A DNA stretch of 64,000 nucleotides from Eledone cirrhosa (lineage: Eukaryota), in contig OZ024743.1 of the NCBI GenBank assembly GCA_964016885.1, positions 37,882,001-37,946,000 of the forward strand, written 5' to 3'. The notes under the pieces are model-generated. The model saw only the letters and a program-made list of their open reading frames with translations, ran no database searches and was not told where the DNA came from. The translations under genes were made by a program, and so were the position numbers. Each line of letters starts with the position of its first letter. Within the stretch, counting starts at the first letter, position 1. This document shows, one piece after another, positions 1 through 11,924 of the stretch.

Positions 1-23
1 TACACCCAGGAATATGTGGGCGT

Positions 24-118
24 AGAAGAAGAAGAAGAAGAAGAAGAAGAAGAAGAAGAAGAAGAAGAAGAAGAAGAAGAAGAAGAAGAAGAAGAAGAAG
101 AAGAAGAAGAAGAAGAAG

Positions 119-147
<29 letters not shown>
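24..147. repeat. (GAA)n microsatellite
   Basis: Perfect GAA run; it produces the spurious poly-E ORF 16..258. Confidence 0.97.
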
Positions 148-149
<2 letters not shown>

Positions 150-302
150 GTATAGCATCTCCACTAATTTCCATCTGACTCATCTCACACACACATACAT
201 GCGCGAAAACATGTGCCCATACCCAGCCACACACAGACACACGCCTCCCGCATCGTAGTCACTTAAACAGTTTCGGTGACTTCTGTGATCTCTCTCTCTC
301 TC

Positions 303-349
<47 letters not shown>

Positions 350-425
350 ATATATATATACGAACATATGCACACACACACACGCACAACACACACATAT
401 ATATATATACATGTATATATACATA

Positions 426-486
<61 letters not shown>

Positions 487-608
487 TTCAAGGGTATATA
501 TATATATAAATTAGACAAAGTCATAAATACATATATGCGTTTGGCAACCATTCACAGTGTGGCTCAATGAAGAATTAATTAAATAATTATTTATCAGAGC
601 AATTTATA

Positions 609-1029
609 ATTCATTAGATAAAATATATACAATATTTCCTCTCCCAATTACTATAAATTGACCACACAAAAAATCATTTAAACGAGGCTATAAGTTTAAC
701 ATGTACTTATGAAGAAATAATAGATAAATGATATAGATACTTTTCCGCGATGTACAAGTACATGACATCTACCTAGTATTTCTCCTAGCCTGTAGAAATT
801 GACTAGACAAATAGTTAACTACACATTCAACTAGTCAATTTCTACAGGCTAGGAGAAATACTAGGTAGATGTCATATAGTTGTACATCGCGGAAAAGTAT
901 CTATATCATTTATCTATTATTTCTTCATAAGTACATGTTAAACTTATAGTTTCGTTTAAATGAATTTTTGTGTGGTTAATTTATACTTTATTGGGAGAGG
1001 AAATATTGTATATATTTTATCTAATGATT
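609..1029. mobile_element. Fold-back element, family C (copy 1)
   Basis: Arms ~609-806 and ~831-1029 are near reverse complements with a 24-nt loop. Flanked by (TA)n and homologous to 29163-29927. Confidence 0.85.
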
Positions 1030-1041
1030 CTTTGGACTTAC

Positions 1042-1103
<62 letters not shown>

Positions 1104-1107
<4 letters not shown>

Positions 1108-1441
1108 AGAGAGAAAGAGACGATTAAGAGGAAGAAAAATATATTTTTTACCTTTTTTCTGTCTGTCTCTCTCTTTTTTCTGGGTTAGAAAATGATTAAA
1201 ACGAAATGTTTTACTTTGTGTGAAGTGTTAAGGTATTAGTTGATTTATTTATTATTTAACAATGGCATTTATTTATCTATTTATATATTTAATTATTGTC
1301 TATTACCGGTTTCTGCATTTATATGCATTATCAAATGATAGTGAAATGTATTAGTGTGGTGTTGCACATGAAAAGAGAGAGAGACACACAAAAAAAGGAA
1401 AAAACAAATTTACTTCCTCATAATCGTCTCTTTCTCCACGT

Positions 1442-1445
<4 letters not shown>
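1104..1445. repeat. Imperfect ~75-bp inverted repeat pair between (TA)n tracts (MITE or fold-back relic)
   Basis: gagaaagagacgattaagaggaag (~1110) versus cttcctcataatcgtctctttctc (~1413-1436). Confidence 0.6.
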
Positions 1446-1499
<54 letters not shown>

Positions 1500-1519
1500 T
1501 AACTCGTGTGCCTCCTCTC

Positions 1520-1566
<47 letters not shown>

Positions 1567-1567
<1 letters not shown>

Positions 1568-1662
1568 CGGCGATGAATTAGTTTAGCGAGGTTTTTTATA
1601 TGAAATCTTGTGTTATTAATTCTGGCAATATTACAAAAATATGACCCTCCCCAAGTATAACA

Positions 1663-1664
<2 letters not shown>
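1567..1664 (-). mobile_element. Internally deleted fold-back element, family A'
   Basis: Tail tttagcgaggttttttatatgaaatc joined directly to arm tgttattaattctggcaatattac...tgaccctcccc; both parts match 27907-28159. Confidence 0.7.
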
Positions 1665-1715
<51 letters not shown>

Positions 1716-2811
1716 TATCATATGTGTATCTATGAGCACGTATATATTTAATTCAAAATTGCATTAGATTATAAGTCCCATTCCTGCTTTGTTTTGTCTA
1801 ATAAATCACTTTCTTCGCTAGGTGCAAGGTGCCTCGACATACCCATTTGATAACCAAATGCTGATAACCAACTGCATTTACTATCTAATGAAGTGGATTC
1901 GTGGTATCATTAGTCCACAGGACAAGTTGTGTTACCACATGTGTGCTGGCTGTATGCATTCTGAGATAAATTCATACTCTAGCATAATCCATCTCCTGAT
2001 CCTCGGATGCCTTTAGCGGAGTACACTGAATTACAAGCTTCTGTCTCCTTTCCCTGCTTAGAAGATACCCCCTTTCCTTCATTCACCAAGCGCCGTGTGC
2101 TGTGAACAATTTCATGGGCAGAGCTCTTTTATTCCCACCACATCATTAATAAATAAATAATTGCCACTATTTTGTTATGCTAACGGCGATGAAGCAAATT
2201 AAATCTTAATGATCGTAATATTATCTATTTACAATGATGCCAAGTTTTGCCTTTATTGAAACGCAACGAGGTTTGAAGCAATTCACTAAATATCATATTA
2301 ATGACGCTGAAAATTGAACAGCACACCAACTGTTTTTGAATTTCAAAAGGAAATTATTTCGAATAATAGAATACCACACGGAATTTTGTTTGGCATTTCG
2401 TTCTTAGAATCATTGTACTATCCACTTCCAATTTAATAAGTATGTTTCGCAGATCTATATCAATTCAATCCGAGTATCTAAATCGCATGCTTGATATTTT
2501 TCTTTGGTTTCATAGTGTTACAACTCAAACATCAATCTGACGTCTGCATTTTTGATTAGACTGTTTATCAATACCTGTTAATTATTCATAGATATTAAAC
2601 ATGAGTGTGGCATATTTAATAATTTCCTGCTTCATCCATCTCATTTGTCAATGCTATTATATTGCTGCTGCACTCACGAAACACCTTGTTGGAATCTGAT
2701 TAGTTGGACTGACCAAACATTAGTATGACTCAGCAGAATGTTGAAGTAGAATGAAATGTAAGAAGAGATTATATAGAACCAGTAATTATATTTAAGATAC
2801 TATAATATCAT

Positions 2812-4151
2812 AATAATAAAACAAAATTAATCAAACAAGGAAGGGCACAACTTTCAGCAAGTGACCTTGCATCCAGACCGATCTCAGGCCACTAACATTT
2901 ACACATTCTACTCTTATAAAAGCTATGTTGACTGGTTAGTTAAGAAAGAAACAAAAGAGGGGGCCGACTTACCCACCGGGTACTTTTTGAGGTTGGGTTG
3001 TTCGACATCCATACTGGATCGAGCTTCCTTCAGGAAACACTTTAATAGCTTTCTTGTGGCTCTCACACTAGGGGGGGGGGGGTCCATACGCCATGCGGAA
3101 AGCTTTCGCTAATGTATTTATAGACACAATTGCACCTTTACCATCATTAGAGATTCAGGCACTTTAAATGTGATGGTGTTGTTGGGTTTGTTATTGCTGG
3201 TGGTGATATTCTTGGTACTAATGTTCATGTTATTCACTGTTGTTGGTTTTGTTGTTGTGGTTGTTGAGGCACTAATGTTGGCATTGTGCTTCTGTGGTTC
3301 CCCCTTTTTTTGCTGAGGTCGCCAAGCTTTTATGTGTCCTGTTTCTCCGCAGAGATGACAAGAAGATTTTTGCTCTCAAATACCACGTTTAGCATCAGGC
3401 CATCCGACAGGTGAATGAAGTCAGAAATGTCGTCCATCTTTTCTCGTTTAAAGTGTAAGAGAACTGCCAGGCATATCCCGGAGCAGTCTTTTTTCTGGTT
3501 CCACCTAACCTCTGATACTTTGTCACTAACCTCTCGTATCTCACAGAGCAGGATTCAGCAGTTGTCCAATCCAGGCGGGATAAAACTGATCCTGTTCATT
3601 ACGGTGCTCCCGCTTTGTTACGAATTGTTATAACGTTTGTTTGTCTGTCCACACCGGGACCACATAATGCTTCACGGCAAGCTCTTCCGTTTCTGATGAG
3701 CACTGAAATAGACACGTATTGCTAGACGCTGGCAATATGCTCTATATCGGGCCTTTCAGTACTCCTTCGCAATCTCTTGGCGGTGCTACTTCTGGTTGTT
3801 TTATTTTATCGTAACAATTCTGTAAATCCGGTTGTTGCTGGGGGTGACGGCTGCATTGCTGCCTGTAGTTGGTGACTTTACTATCAATCTTTGAGCCTCG
3901 GTCACGTGACTGCTGGTACGAAGAGGGAGGTGTCTCCTCAAGTCTTTAATGCTTGTTGGCGTGTAAGCAAAACATAAAGTTGAAATATTTGGGCCTTCAC
4001 TCCAATTGTGGGGTTTGCTTTTCTGAGGGCAAAGACCTATGTGTTATTCTCACTAGGAAATAATAATAATTTAATAAATGACGGTTTGGGCGACTTAAAA
4101 AGCAAAATTAAAGGAGCTCGCAATTACACGTCTTCACACACCAACGCCAAG
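2812..4151 (-). mobile_element. Degenerate Tx1/L1-type ORF1-only element (HAL1-like)
   Basis: Minus-strand fragments ETEELAVKHYVVPV, RISFIPPGL and HLSDGLMLNVVFESKNLLCHLCGETGHIKAW align with ORF1 of the 8.2-14.1 kb element (KSEALAMKHATTP, RIPKIPSGL, RLQNGTVIHIMTEGERTQCFVCG). The 5' UTR shares taagtcgc, ttgccct and cccaaatattt motifs. No ORF2 before the 3' end. Confidence 0.65.
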
Positions 4152-4164
4152 AATGATGATGATG

Positions 4165-4219
<55 letters not shown>

Positions 4220-4220
4220 T
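4152..4220. repeat. (GAT)n/(AAT)n microsatellite
   Basis: Seen directly; it separates two minus-strand Tx1-type elements. Confidence 0.95.
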
Positions 4221-5168
4221 TTCTTTATTGGCTACAAGGGCTGACATCAAGAAAAACATCACAGACGGAACAGGACGGTACGATGTGAGTTCTGTGCGTG
4301 TAAATATTTTTATTATTTATATAAGAAAAGAAAAAAAGACATAAAACATATATATATAAACAATAAAATGAAAATTGAAACAATGAAAAATTCCCCAATA
4401 GGGGAGAAACCTCCGAGGGTTACTCGTGGCGAAAACCGCACAAAAGACTACGGCCACCCTGACTACCAGGGCAAGCGCCCTGTCTCAATTTTTCCATCTC
4501 TCAAACTACACACATATATTCAGAGTGGTCCCGTTCACTCGGACCATTCTCGCTACATTCACCCACCTTTCAACAAACTTGCTAGAAAGCAGCACTTGCC
4601 TCTCCACCCTGATTTTTCTCTTCAAGTGAAACTTGAAAAAGTTAATTAGGGATTCGCCGAAGAGGAAAGTGTTTGTTTTTAATCCTTTTAACCTTGCCCA
4701 CCACACAATCTCTTTCGCCATGGCCACCAGGCAGATGAAAATCGCCTGCCCTTCCTCCTCAAAGGAAGACGGCGAGACCCTCTGCACAATGGACTCAGTA
4801 GACAACCGGATCAGTCCCACACGTGACAGCAACTGTTCGACATAGCTCCACAAGTCAGCAATGCTCGGGCACTGAACGAGTGCGTGCACAACGGTTTCGT
4901 CGCTATGCGCGCATCTCGGACAGGCTCGGCTGACGGCACTTCAGTGCCTGTAGAGCTTATCTTGAACCGGCAGCGCTCCCCGGTAGCACTGCCAGGCCAG
5001 GGATTTTTGGAAGTTATCCATAGGCCCCGGGCTGAAAGTTCTCCAGAAGAGAGCAAACAGCTGATCTTCTTCGACGCCCAGGATCTCTTCGAGAATGTCG
5101 TCTCTCTTCCCCTCCACTAGTCCTCTATAGAACGCCGAGGTGGATGTTCCACCGATACTGGTGCCCAA
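4221..5168 (-). mobile_element. Tx1/L1-type LINE 3' fragment (ORF2 C-terminus and 3' UTR)
   Basis: ORFs 4941-5168 and 4506-4889 are homologous to 8470-8997 (AWQCYRGALPV, HALVQCP). AATAAA on minus at 4224-4229 abuts (ATT)n. Confidence 0.85.
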
Positions 5169-7723
5169 GGAAATGTAAAATCAAGGAAATGAGAAAGGAC
5201 ACTGGAAAGCTTGAGTCCTTACTGAACATAAACACTAAAGATAGATTGGAAATAAAATACAAAACTATGGGGAAAAAGCTAAATATTATCATAGAGGAAC
5301 TGAAGCAACGCACTGTGGAAAAATTAGGCGGTATGAGAACAGAGTCAGTCAGTATAGACAGAACCGCATGTTTGACAACAACCAGAAGATGTTGTTTGGG
5401 CAGCTTGAAGGGAAAGAAAGAGCAACGACGTGATCCCTGAGGCGGAACAGACTAAGATATTCTGGAGAGGAATATGGGAGCAGGATGTTAAAACATAATG
5501 ACCAGGCAGTGTGGATTGAGACAGTTCAAAAGGAGATTAGTGAACAGGCACACCAACAGACTGATTTGAGTATCACAGTTGAAACTCTTAAGGGGCAGGC
5601 CAAGAAACTAACCAACTGGAAATCACCAGGCCCAGATGGTGTGCAAGATTAAAAACATAACATCCCTCCACTCGAAACTGACAACCATGTTCAATGACAG
5701 ATTGATATCGCGTTAGTACCAGAGTGGTTGACAAAAGGTACCACAGTTCTGGTAATGAAAGACCGAATGAAGGGTAATGATGTTACCAACAACAGACCTA
5801 CCACATGTCTGTCTGTAATGTGGAAACTGTTAACAAGCATTGTGTCTGCGGAAACTACCATCACTTCCACATAAACAATTTGTTACCGGGCGAACAGAAA
5901 GGATGCCGAAAGAAGTCCCGGGGTCCAAAAGACCAGTTACTTATTGATAAGATGGTAATGAGGAATTCCAAGAGGAGGCAGACTGGTCTTGCCATCGGAT
6001 GGATACATTACAAAAAGGCATTCGACATAGTACATCATTCTTGGATAACCAAAAGCCTAGAGATCTTCAAAGTGGCAGTTAATATCAGACAGTTGTTGAG
6101 CAAAAGTATGAAGTCCTGGGAAACTGAGTTAACATCGGATGGAGAATCCTTGGGAGGCGTGAAGATCAAGAGAGGTATCTTCCAGAGAGATAGTTTGTCC
6201 CCTCTGCTGTTTGTCCTTGCCCTGATACCCCTGACCGTTATATTGCGAAAAGTGAGAGCAGGATACATGTTGGGAAAAGGAGAGCTTACCATCAACCACC
6301 TCCTCTTCATGGACGATCTTAAACTCTTTGGAAAGAGTGAGAAGGAATTGGATGTACTTGTTAACACTGTCCGTATTTTCAGCAATGATAGATATACGTA
6401 TGGAATTTGGTATTAATAACTGTGGAGTCCTAGTGATGAAGAGGGGTAAATTGAGCAGAATCAACGGAATCCAGGTACCAACAGGTGAGATGATAAAGGA
6501 AATTGACACTGAAGAGAGATACAAATATTTAGGTGTTCTGGAGGCAGATGACATCAAGAACAAATAAATGAAGGAATTGATAATCTGAGTACATAAGGAA
6601 AGTAAGGAGTGTATTAAAATAACATCTAAATAGTAGGAATTAGTAGGAACTAACAGTGCAGGAATTCTGAGATGGAATGTTGCTGGACAAAAAGAAACGG
6701 ATAGGAAGACTAGGAAGCTATTGACTATCTACAACATGTTCCACAAGAGGAACGATGTCGATAGACTCTACTTAAAGCGATCTGAAGGTGGAAGAGGTCA
6801 TATCAGCATAGAGGTCTGTGTTCAGATTGAGAAAAACAACCTGCACAAATACTGAAGGAGAAGACAATAGACCAGGGAATGTCCAAGAAGGAAATAACAA
6901 CAAGGAGGAAGAGTAACCTTCATGAAGAATCCCTTCATAGTACTTTCTTTAAGAAAACTGAATTTAGAGATCCACAGACATGGAACTGGTTAAACAAACT
7001 ACAGAAGGAATGCTAATGGCTGCGCAAGAGCATGCCCTCAAAACAAAGTGGGTGAAACACCATATTTACAAGGAGGAGGCTAACTCTCTGTGTAGGATCT
7101 GTGGAGAGAGAGAGAGAGGAGTCTGTGGCTCACATTGTATCCGAGTGTAAACACCTAGCCCAGACTCACTATAAAGGCTGAAGACATGATGTGATGGGCA
7201 TCTATGCAAAGTAAATAATTTACCACATTCTGAGAAGTGGTAAGAGCATAAACCATAGTCGGTGATAGAAAACGATCAGGTGAAGTTGCTATGGAATTTT
7301 AGGATACAGACGGACAAGAAATTAGAACACAATAGGCCTGACCTGGTGGTTTTGGACAAGGAAAAAAGATCGTGTCTGAATGTAGATGTAGCCTGCCCAT
7401 TTGACACGAGAGTGCAAGAAAAGGAGAGGGAGAAAAGTAACCGATACCAGGACTTAACGTGGGAGTTAAAAAGGATTTGGAACTGCCATGAAATAGAGGT
7501 CGTCCCGATTGCCATAGGCGCACTAGGTACTATCTCAAAGAGTTTCCAATGATGGTTAAAGAAGATTAGACCAGCCCCGATTTTTGGAACACTTCAAAAG
7601 GCATGCTTGCTGGGAACAGCAAGAACCCTCCGATACGTCCTGAATATCTGAGGCTGCTGGTAGTGGCTTGATATTCATTTCAATAAACTCTCCAGTTAAA
7701 TAACATCAATGACTGAGACTCAA
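5169..7723 (+). mobile_element. R4/Dong-clade non-LTR retrotransposon, copy A (5'-truncated, decayed)
   Basis: RT motifs [20 protein letters not shown] and [10 protein letters not shown], then CRIC and REL nuclease NRPDLVV..DVACP..EK. Several stops and frameshifts. Confidence 0.92.
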
Positions 7724-7735
7724 ATAACAATAATA

Positions 7736-8052
7736 TTTTCAGGATACAGACAGACAATAAATTAGAACACAATAGGCCGGACCTGTGGTTTTTGACAAGG
7801 AAAAAAGATCGTGCCTGATTGTAGATGTAGCCTGCTCATTTGACACAAGAGTGCAAGAATAGGAGGAGAAAATTTACCGATACCAGGATTTAAAGGGGTG
7901 GGTGGGGCTGGACTAATGTTGTTTAACCATCCTTGAAAACTCTTTGAGATAGTACCTAGTGCTCATGTGACCATCGGGACCATCGTGATCCCCTGATGTT
8001 CATTTGAAAAAACTTTCTAGTTAAATAACATCAATGACTGTGACTCCAAAAC
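7736..8052 (+). mobile_element. Rearranged short 3' fragment of the R4/Dong element with an internal inversion
   Basis: 7736-7893 repeats the REL region, ~7915-7985 is its reverse-complemented continuation, and ~7995-8052 is the 3' UTR. Confidence 0.75.
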
Positions 8053-8057
8053 TACTT

Positions 8058-8125
<68 letters not shown>

Positions 8126-8127
8126 AT

Positions 8128-8180
<53 letters not shown>

Positions 8181-8206
8181 TTACAAATAATAATAATTAT
8201 TATTAT
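8053..8206. repeat. (CTA)n(CTG)n(CTA)n then (AAT)n compound microsatellite
   Basis: Seen directly. Confidence 0.95.
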
Positions 8207-8469
8207 TTCATTTATTGGCCATAAGGGCCGACGTATAGGGGACAATACAAAAGACTGGGACAGTGGGGTTTTACAGAAAAATCGAGTAAACAATATGCAT
8301 AACTATAACAAAGTAACAATAAAGTAACAAGAAAATTACAACAAGAAAAAATTCCCCAACAGGGGGGATGACCACCCAGGGTTCGCTCAGGTACCCCGCC
8401 AATCCTGAACGACCCGACGCTTCGAGAGCACCTTGGAAGGGCACCCCTGTACTCCTCAAATTTACCTAC

Positions 8470-11400
8470 CTACAACCGCAAGACCAGAGTAGGCCCACTC
8501 ACACAGGCCACTCTTGCCACATTCACCCACCTTTCAGCAAATGTACTGGGGAGGGGGGGGGGGGGCAGCACTTCTCCGTCCACCCTCACCTTCCTTTCCA
8601 AGTGAAACTTGAAAAAGTTGATGAGGGATTGGCCGAAGAGAAAAGTGTCTGTCTTCAGTCCTTTCAACCTCGTCCAACATACAACTTCTTTCGCTACAGC
8701 CACCAGACAGAGGAAAATTGCCTGCCCTTCCTGGCCAAAAGAAGGCGGCGGGTCGATCTTCACTATGGACTCGGCCGATAGCCGGATCCGTTCTACATGC
8801 GACAACAGCTGTTCAACATAACTCCACAAGTCAGTAATGCACGGACGCTGGACGAGTGCGTGCAGAACGGTTTCGTCGCTCTGCGCGCATCTCGGGCAGG
8901 TCCGTCTGACAGCACTTCCGTGCCTGTGGAGTTTATCTCGAACCGGCAGTGCCCCCCGGTAGCACTGCCAAGCGATGGATTTTTGGAAAATATCCACGTC
9001 CCCGGCTCGAAAGTCCTCCGGTATAGACTGGTTAGTTCGACTTCGTTAACTCCCAGAGCCTCTCCAAGTCGTCGCACTTGGCCACCACTAATCCTCTATA
9101 GAACTCGATAGTGGAAGTTTCACTGACCGCATTGCCCGCCTGGTAGAGGGCATTGAGTGCCTGGCAACATTCCAGATGCCAGTCACCCAGCCTCGGTCTC
9201 TTCTTGACCCAGGACTGCAGCTCAGTCAAAGAAACGAACTGCGGAAACAGCGACCACACCTGTGTAGGCAGAATATCTGGAGATGCCGCAGCCTCAGCGC
9301 GTGCCTGCGCATCATTAGCCACGGCATGGCAAGCCCTCCACGTAGAGGGTGCTGGCAGCAGATGGACCGGCTCACCAGCGGAACATGACCCCTCTACAAG
9401 AATTTGAATAGGAGCCGGTTCAAGATGGCGAGGCGCGAACGGAGGCAAGGGACGACGGCTAGACGATAGTAGATTACGGGCGTGATGTACGCGTTTGCCA
9501 CCTCCGCCCGACCTTTCAGTGATAGCTTTATCCCAGCCCATTTCTGGGTGAGACTGGCTACCCTGCCTGTCACCTCGTCCCAATTCTTATCCACCTGGAG
9601 GTCTCGCCCGAACCAAACCCCGAGCAACTTTACCGGTCCGTCCGTCCAGCGCCTAACGACGCTGTTGGACGGCATGGACTTGCCTCTCCAGGTGCCGTTT
9701 TGCAAGCCCACCGACTTTTCTGGTTTAAGTTTTGCTCCCGTCAACCTTTCATATTCCTCCAATAAGTTGCCGACCACCTCGATTTCTGAGGTGTCAGACA
9801 CCATCACGGTGATGTCGTCCGCATAAGCCGACACAGCCTTTCCGGTTCGAGCGGGACAGCCCGGTTCGTGCGGGATGCCCTGCAACAGCTCCAGCTTCCG
9901 CAGTAAAGGTTCGAGAGTCAATACGTACAGAAGGGAGGAGAGAGGGCACCCTTGACAGACCGATCGGGAGACCTGAAACGGTTCCGAGAGGTTGCCATTA
10001 ATGTTGACCATAGAGCAGGTGCCGCTGTGCATTGCAGCGATCCAGCTTCTGAAGACGGGGCCGAAGCCAGCCGCTTTGAGGACAGCCTCCAGGTACCAAT
10101 GGTCGACCCTATCGAATTCTTTCCATTGATCTAAATTGACCAGAGTCCCACCGAAGCCAGGTTTACACCCCACGCTCTCTATGATGTATCGCATTAGGTG
10201 GAGGTTGTCGTGTATGGACCTGGTTGGGATTGCGCAAGGTTGCGCCTCCCCAACCAAATCCTCGACGATAAGCGCCAACCTCTTCGCCAGCACACTGGCC
10301 AACATCTTAAACTTTGTGTTGAGCAGAGTTATGGGCCTGAAATTGTCTAATGTGTCCCTCTTGATCTCGTCTTTCCTCATCAGCGTCACTACGCCCCGGC
10401 TCACAGAAATGGGAATACTCCCGTTTTGCTGCAAGTTACAGTAGAGCACTTCGAGGAGATTGGAGAGCAAGTCTGGCATATTTACGTAAAGCTCGTAGGG
10501 TAGACCATCCAAACCGGGTGACTTGCGCCTCATGCAGCCGACAAGAGCATTCTGAATCTCGGCTGAAGTAATTGGCCTTTCGCAGCGCCCAGCGTCAACC
10601 GTCGAGAGTTGCGGCAAGCCATCGAGGTAGGGACTGAAGTCCGCCACCATCTCTGACCCGCCACTTCCCCCGAACAACCGAGCAAAATGTTAGCGAGAGG
10701 CCTCACACATCCGCTTGGAATCTCATAGCTCGTGTCCGCCTACGTCCGTCAAAGACCGAATCGTGGTTTTATTACCACGTTGCGCCTCTGCCACGTGCGC
10801 CCATCGAACAGCTTTGGTTCCCTCGTTTCTCAGAGCACGCGCCTTAGCTCTGACAATGCAACCTTCGTGTTTCGCATTTAAGAAACGGTCTAATGCCATT
10901 CTTGCCGCTAGCACGTCAGTTGCAATGCCACTACCAATAGCCTCGTCTAACTTATCTACCAACTCCCCCTCCTTTCTATTTTCTCTAACGCTACTTCTTT
11001 GCTAAACTCTATCGATATTACTCTAATCTTTCTTTTGAGAGCCCCCCCCCCCATCTATTGTTGACGACTCTCCCTGTCAACTTTTTCTTAACTAAATTGT
11101 TGACCTGGTCCCTGTAAGCCTTACGTGCCGGAAATGACATGTTTAGCTTCCAGTAACCAGGTCCTAACCTACGCGTCTTATCTAGGTCGACCATTCAGAT
11201 GACAAACTTGTGATCTGAATAGGCGACCGTTTCAAAACGTGGACAGCTTACACTATTTATGTCTATTTTCCTAATGAATATCCTGTCTATATACGATCTA
11301 GATGACGCTATGCGGTTAGCCCAGGTCCACACTGGCGCATTATTGAAATCTAGTCGGTACCTGTCAGACAGTCGGAACTGGCTGATCATGTTCTTGAGGC

Positions 11401-11892
11401 TTTTGCACCCACCCCCGCTCCTATCGGATACTCCAACACAGTCCCAGCGTGCGTCTAAGATGCCGTTCCAGTCCTCCGCTAACAGTAAAGGGCGAGACGT
11501 ACCCAGAAAGGCTTCCAGGCGTCTAAAGAAGTCCAGCCGTCCTGCCCCAGTAGGAGCATAGCCGCCACCAGTCTAAAGGCACCATCTTCGTTATTGTTCA
11601 CGTCCAGGACCACCAACTTCTCGTCCGGCTCCCGGAAGATCGACCTTACCTCGAGATCCAGGCCTTTCCTAAACAGCACTGCCAACCCGCCTCCCATTCC
11701 CGGCCGGCTAACCGATGCAAAGATCTGATAGTCGTCGAAAATGGGGGCTAGTGCGCGCGTGTCGGAAATCCTGGTCTCGCTGATGGCAATTACATCGATT
11801 TCTAGAGACCTGAGGTCGTTGAGCTGGTGACCCTGCTTCCAGGACGAACCCAGGTCTTTGACATTTAAACATCCTACTCTTAATACGGCCAT
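8470..11892 (-). pseudogene. Tx1-like ORF2 (APE endonuclease + reverse transcriptase), frameshifted
   Basis: GCLNVKDL, AISET, SYIDRIF and SDHK (APE); KSPGLDGLPYE, NFRPITLLN, QGCPLS and AYADDI (RT); CPRC..ETVLHAL (C-terminal). Confidence 0.92.
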
Positions 11893-11924
11893 GTTGGCAG
11901 GTTAAAAAGAGAGAGAGGAAAGGT

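Noticed and set aside
3693-3720. CTGATGAG..GAAA hammerhead-like core
   Set aside because: No stems I or III; it lies antisense within the ORF1 remnant.
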